Assembly: GCA_965198175.1 (NCBI GenBank)
Contig: OZ240245.1
Location: forward strand, 1,088,001-1,152,000
From: Candidatus Poribacteria bacterium
GTDB taxonomy: Bacteria > Poribacteria > WGA-4E > PCPOR2b
Reading direction: 5' to 3'
DNA: 64,000 bases
Positions within the stretch are counted from its first letter, which is position 1. Every line of letters starts with the position of its first letter. Below the pieces are notes generated by a model. That model did not search any database. It was not told the DNA's origin and saw only the letters and a program-made list of their open reading frames with translations. Positions 61,069-64,000 of the stretch are shown one piece after another. The position numbers and the translations under genes are program-made.

Positions 61069-61221
61069 TCAGCAAGAATCGCCATAAAATGCCCGATTCA
61101 ATGCCTTGTCATCCTCGCTGACGCCAAAGTCTTCGTCCTCTATTTCCGACAGATTGACATACAACTGGTTCTTATCCAGCAGTTTAGCCCGCAGTTCGTT
61201 AGGCTTGCCAAGGTTGCCCAG
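61069..61221 (-). pseudogene. 3' remnant of type III R-M Mod-like adenine DNA methyltransferase
   Basis: LLDKNQLYVNLSEIEDEDFGVSEDDKALNRAFYG; no start codon, in-frame TAA at 61222-61224. Confidence 0.6.
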
Positions 61222-61249
61222 TTAAATAGCAGCATCACGAACATCATCC

Positions 61250-64000
61250 TCAATCGTCCAGATCCAACAAATCAAATCTGCCAAGACGGAGTAGGTTTTC
61301 ACGGGCGCGTTCTGCGTTTTGGTGCACGTTTTGGTCATCGCTTCCTAGCCCAGCTTTCAAGATGGTTTTGGCTTTCTCCGTCCGGATGTAAATGTTGTCA
61401 TCGCCGCGCCCACCAGTCAACTTGGCGAAGCACTCAACCACCTTCGCTGTATGATCCGGAAGCATCTCACACAACGCCTCAAGTTGAATAGCGATTGATA
61501 CACCTTCCGCCTTGCAGACATCCAGAATCTTGGAAAATCCATCCAATCGCCATTCGGCATCTAAGCACTTGGCTTTCAGCCAGAAGGTATACTGTTGAAG
61601 CTCTGTCGGCTCGTGCACCTCAAAACGCCAATCAGAGAAGGCAATGATTTTGTCATTCAACCTTTTTTCCAGTTGTCCACTAATATCCCGCAAGGTTCGA
61701 CCGACATGGTCGAACAAGTGTGCCCAGTGCTCTCGATTATTTGTCGTCCGTTGGTAATATTGCTCAAGCAGGCTGTTTTCACCTCTCAGCGGATACATAT
61801 CCCACATATAATAGTTGAACAGATGTTCGCCGAGAACCTCTGCCAGTTTTTTCGCGGAGAAGTCCTGTTTTTTGAAATCTGCCAGATGGTGCAGTGCAAA
61901 ATCGAAGTCGTCCCCAAGAATCTCAAAAGTGAGCTTCTTGGGGTCATTATAGCATATGAAACCGCTAAATGCTGCTAGCCATTCAGGCAACTTGTCCTGC
62001 GGGAAAAAGTCTGATTTGTGCTCGGTTGCCCACCTTTCATTGAGGCTAAAAATACGGTTGTAGTCTCTGCCTAGAATGGCATACTCCGGCAGTGTTAAGG
62101 GATGTCCCGTTTCCGAAGCAAACCGCCTTTCAAGAATCGTCGTTACTTCAGGAATTTCAGATTCTGAATCGTGTCTTCTTAACCAGAAACCGAAATTGAC
62201 CAACGCCTTTAGTGCGAGGCTGCGTGTGTTGTTGATGCCCTCAGCGATTAGGTCGTTTTGGTTCGAAAAGACTCGCTTTTCAAGATCCAACCATGAATCG
62301 TATTGTGTGCAAAGCATTCCCAGTAGCTTGCCAAGCTGTTCCCGAGCGGAAAGGGGTACATCCACACCTTCTTCCAGACACAATTCGATTAGCTTATCGA
62401 CTGCGCGCCGTGAATTGTACCAGTTAGGGATTTCTCGGGACTCGTCGCCTTGTGCGCCTAGTATATAGTCATCAGCGAGCCCTTGGTCAGGGTGCGAAAG
62501 TGCCCACTCGCCAAATGTCAACCATTCGTTAAGGCTGTCGAAGTGCTTCTCTTTTACGTCCGTTTGCATCCCGTTAATCATCATCTGCACGTAAATGGGT
62601 CGCTCAATTTTTTCACGGTTTCCCATCCAGAACCTTAGCCTCTCGGAATCTGGAATAATCTGCTCCTTGAAGACCGTCTGAAACGCAGTAGTGAGCCCTC
62701 CAATATTAACCTCTATCAGATTGTTGCCTTCGTAAAGTTCTTTCTTTTCATCCCATTCGTTGATGTAGGTGAGCAATTCCTCATCCGTGAGCTTTGCAAG
62801 GTCCTCAGGGGGGCGTGGGCTGCGATTAGATACCCATCCGCTCCGTGTTTTATATGGCTGATAGTCCTCATCCGAAATCGGGGCGCTGGCTTCATCTTCC
62901 AACTGTTGGAAGTAAGTTTTATATTCACCGAATAGCACGGTCGCAAAAGGCTTGAGTTGCTTGAGATGGAAATAACGTCGCCGTTGCTGCAATCTTTCCT
63001 CGGCAAACCCATCTTTCGGGGGACCAGTACGGATGCAATCAAAGATATGTTTGCGCTCTTCATCCGAAAGCAATGCCGTACCAAAATGTTCACAAGCACT
63101 TCGTATCATTTGTTGAAATTCATAATGGTGTTCCCACCGATGATAATCTTTATGCGCCAGAATCAGTTCCCGAATCCACGGCTTCGTTGTTTCGTTTGGA
63201 TATTGAGCATAAAGATGATGGCGCAGACGTTTTAATATACGCCAGTGCTGATTCCGCAAGGCGCCATCAAAAACGTGAATTAAATCTGGCTTTTTTTCGT
63301 AAACCCGCTGACCAGCGAAGGTGAGCGTATGAACAAGTGATTTATCAGCAGCTTCATAATCACTCTCAGATTCAGCAAGCCGTTCACACCAGTATTCGGA
63401 ATAGTCGACATCTTTGTCAAAGTCCTCCCGATGCGTTCGCAGACGAATCATATTCGCGGTGGCATTGATAAGGGTGCACGCAACCTTGTGAGGTTCTTTC
63501 TCGGCAAGCGGACGAACGCCTTTGGACATTATCTCACAGTATTCCCAGCGGTCAATTCGAGGTGACGGCTCAAGTTGAGTCGCCACCACTATATTGGCTA
63601 TTGCGGCTGAATCTTGCCGCGTCTCTCCCCGCCGTTTCCGCTTGTCCTTATCTTGGGGATCAGGCACAAACGCAACTAGTATTTTTGAAAGTTGCAATGC
63701 AGCCGCTACCTGATTCTCATTTGTCCAATGGACTAACAGCTCTGCGAATTGGTATGTCCTAACCTGATGATTTAGTTCTAAAGATTCAAGTATTTTGGGC
63801 ATTAGTTTGGCTGAAGACTCCCCGCGGAGTTCCAATGCAATATCCAGAATTTCCTGATAAACCGTTGGGTTATCGACTTTGGGGAGTCCTAATACCAGAT
63901 TAACAACTTCATCGGGTACATCACGAGACACATTCCTAAGATATTGAAGCTCGGGCCAAGGGGGGAATTGGACATTGCCATCATCAAAATATCTAATTGT
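61250..64000 (-). CDS. Large helical hypothetical protein, 5'-truncated by the window edge
   Basis: Frame stays open from 64000 (TIRYFDDGNVQFPPWPELQYLRNVSRD...), at least 916 aa; Trp/Leu-rich helical pattern. Confidence 0.8.
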   Translation of the reverse strand, partial: TIRYFDDGNVQFPPWPELQYLRNVSRDVPDEVVNLVLGLPKVDNPTVYQEILDIALELRGESSAKLMPKILESLELNHQVRTYQFAELLVHWTNENQVAAALQLSKILVAFVPDPQDKDKRKRRGETRQDSAAIANIVVATQLEPSPRIDRWEYCEIMSKGVRPLAEKEPHKVACTLINATANMIRLRTHREDFDKDVDYSEYWCERLAESESDYEAADKSLVHTLTFAGQRVYEKKPDLIHVFDGALRNQHWRILKRLRHHLYAQYPNETTKPWIRELILAHKDYHRWEHHYEFQQMIRSACEHFGTALLSDEERKHIFDCIRTGPPKDGFAEERLQQRRRYFHLKQLKPFATVLFGEYKTYFQQLEDEASAPISDEDYQPYKTRSGWVSNRSPRPPEDLAKLTDEELLTYINEWDEKKELYEGNNLIEVNIGGLTTAFQTVFKEQIIPDSERLRFWMGNREKIERPIYVQMMINGMQTDVKEKHFDSLNEWLTFGEWALSHPDQGLADDYILGAQGDESREIPNWYNSRRAVDKLIELCLEEGVDVPLSAREQLGKLLGMLCTQYDSWLDLEKRVFSNQNDLIAEGINNTRSLALKALVNFGFWLRRHDSESEIPEVTTILERRFASETGHPLTLPEYAILGRDYNRIFSLNERWATEHKSDFFPQDKLPEWLAAFSGFICYNDPKKLTFEILGDDFDFALHHLADFKKQDFSAKKLAEVLGEHLFNYYMWDMYPLRGENSLLEQYYQRTTNNREHWAHLFDHVGRTLRDISGQLEKRLNDKIIAFSDWRFEVHEPTELQQYTFWLKAKCLDAEWRLDGFSKILDVCKAEGVSIAIQLEALCEMLPDHTAKVVECFAKLTGGRGDDNIYIRTEKAKTILKAGLGSDDQNVHQNAERARENLLRLGRFDLLDLDD

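Noticed and set aside
63929..63931. GTG start for the 893 aa ORF
   Set aside because: The frame is open to the window edge, so the gene starts outside the window

Overview
A 64 kb bacterial chromosomal segment from a diderm (lpxC-fabZ, lpxA, lpxI). It is probably Candidatus Poribacteria; this is an inference from the recurring C-terminal 'V-x3-[KN]-L-x-TTWG-x-[IV]-K' tail, PhyH, the DUF1549/1553+DUF1501 pair and PD40 proteins. Most of the window is housekeeping or metabolic: argG, copA, clpB, ruvX, mltG, lpx genes, tsaC/tsaD, nusB, tgt, pspA. Four things stand out. (1) At 15.4-25.4 kb, a BlaI repressor and a very large BlaR1/M56 sensor (TPR + thioredoxin + degenerate trypsin + CBM-like) are clustered with three secreted proteins that share a C-terminal motif, and a ~180 bp promoter/operator region is duplicated. 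(2) A SelW/Rdx selenoprotein (CxxU, in-frame UGA plus a SECIS-like hairpin) is missing from the ORF track and lies downstream of a MoeB/ThiF gene. (3) The edge of a probable defence island lies at 58.4-64 kb: a DUF2280-like gene, an ApeA-like HEPN gene, a remnant of a type III R-M Mod 3' end, and a large ORF cut by the window edge. (4) There are several candidate non-coding elements, including a sigma-54 promoter with enhancer-like repeats at clpB and a structured RNA upstream of ruvX. I saw no rRNA, tRNA, CRISPR array or intact transposase. All family calls come from motif recognition by eye; no searches were run.
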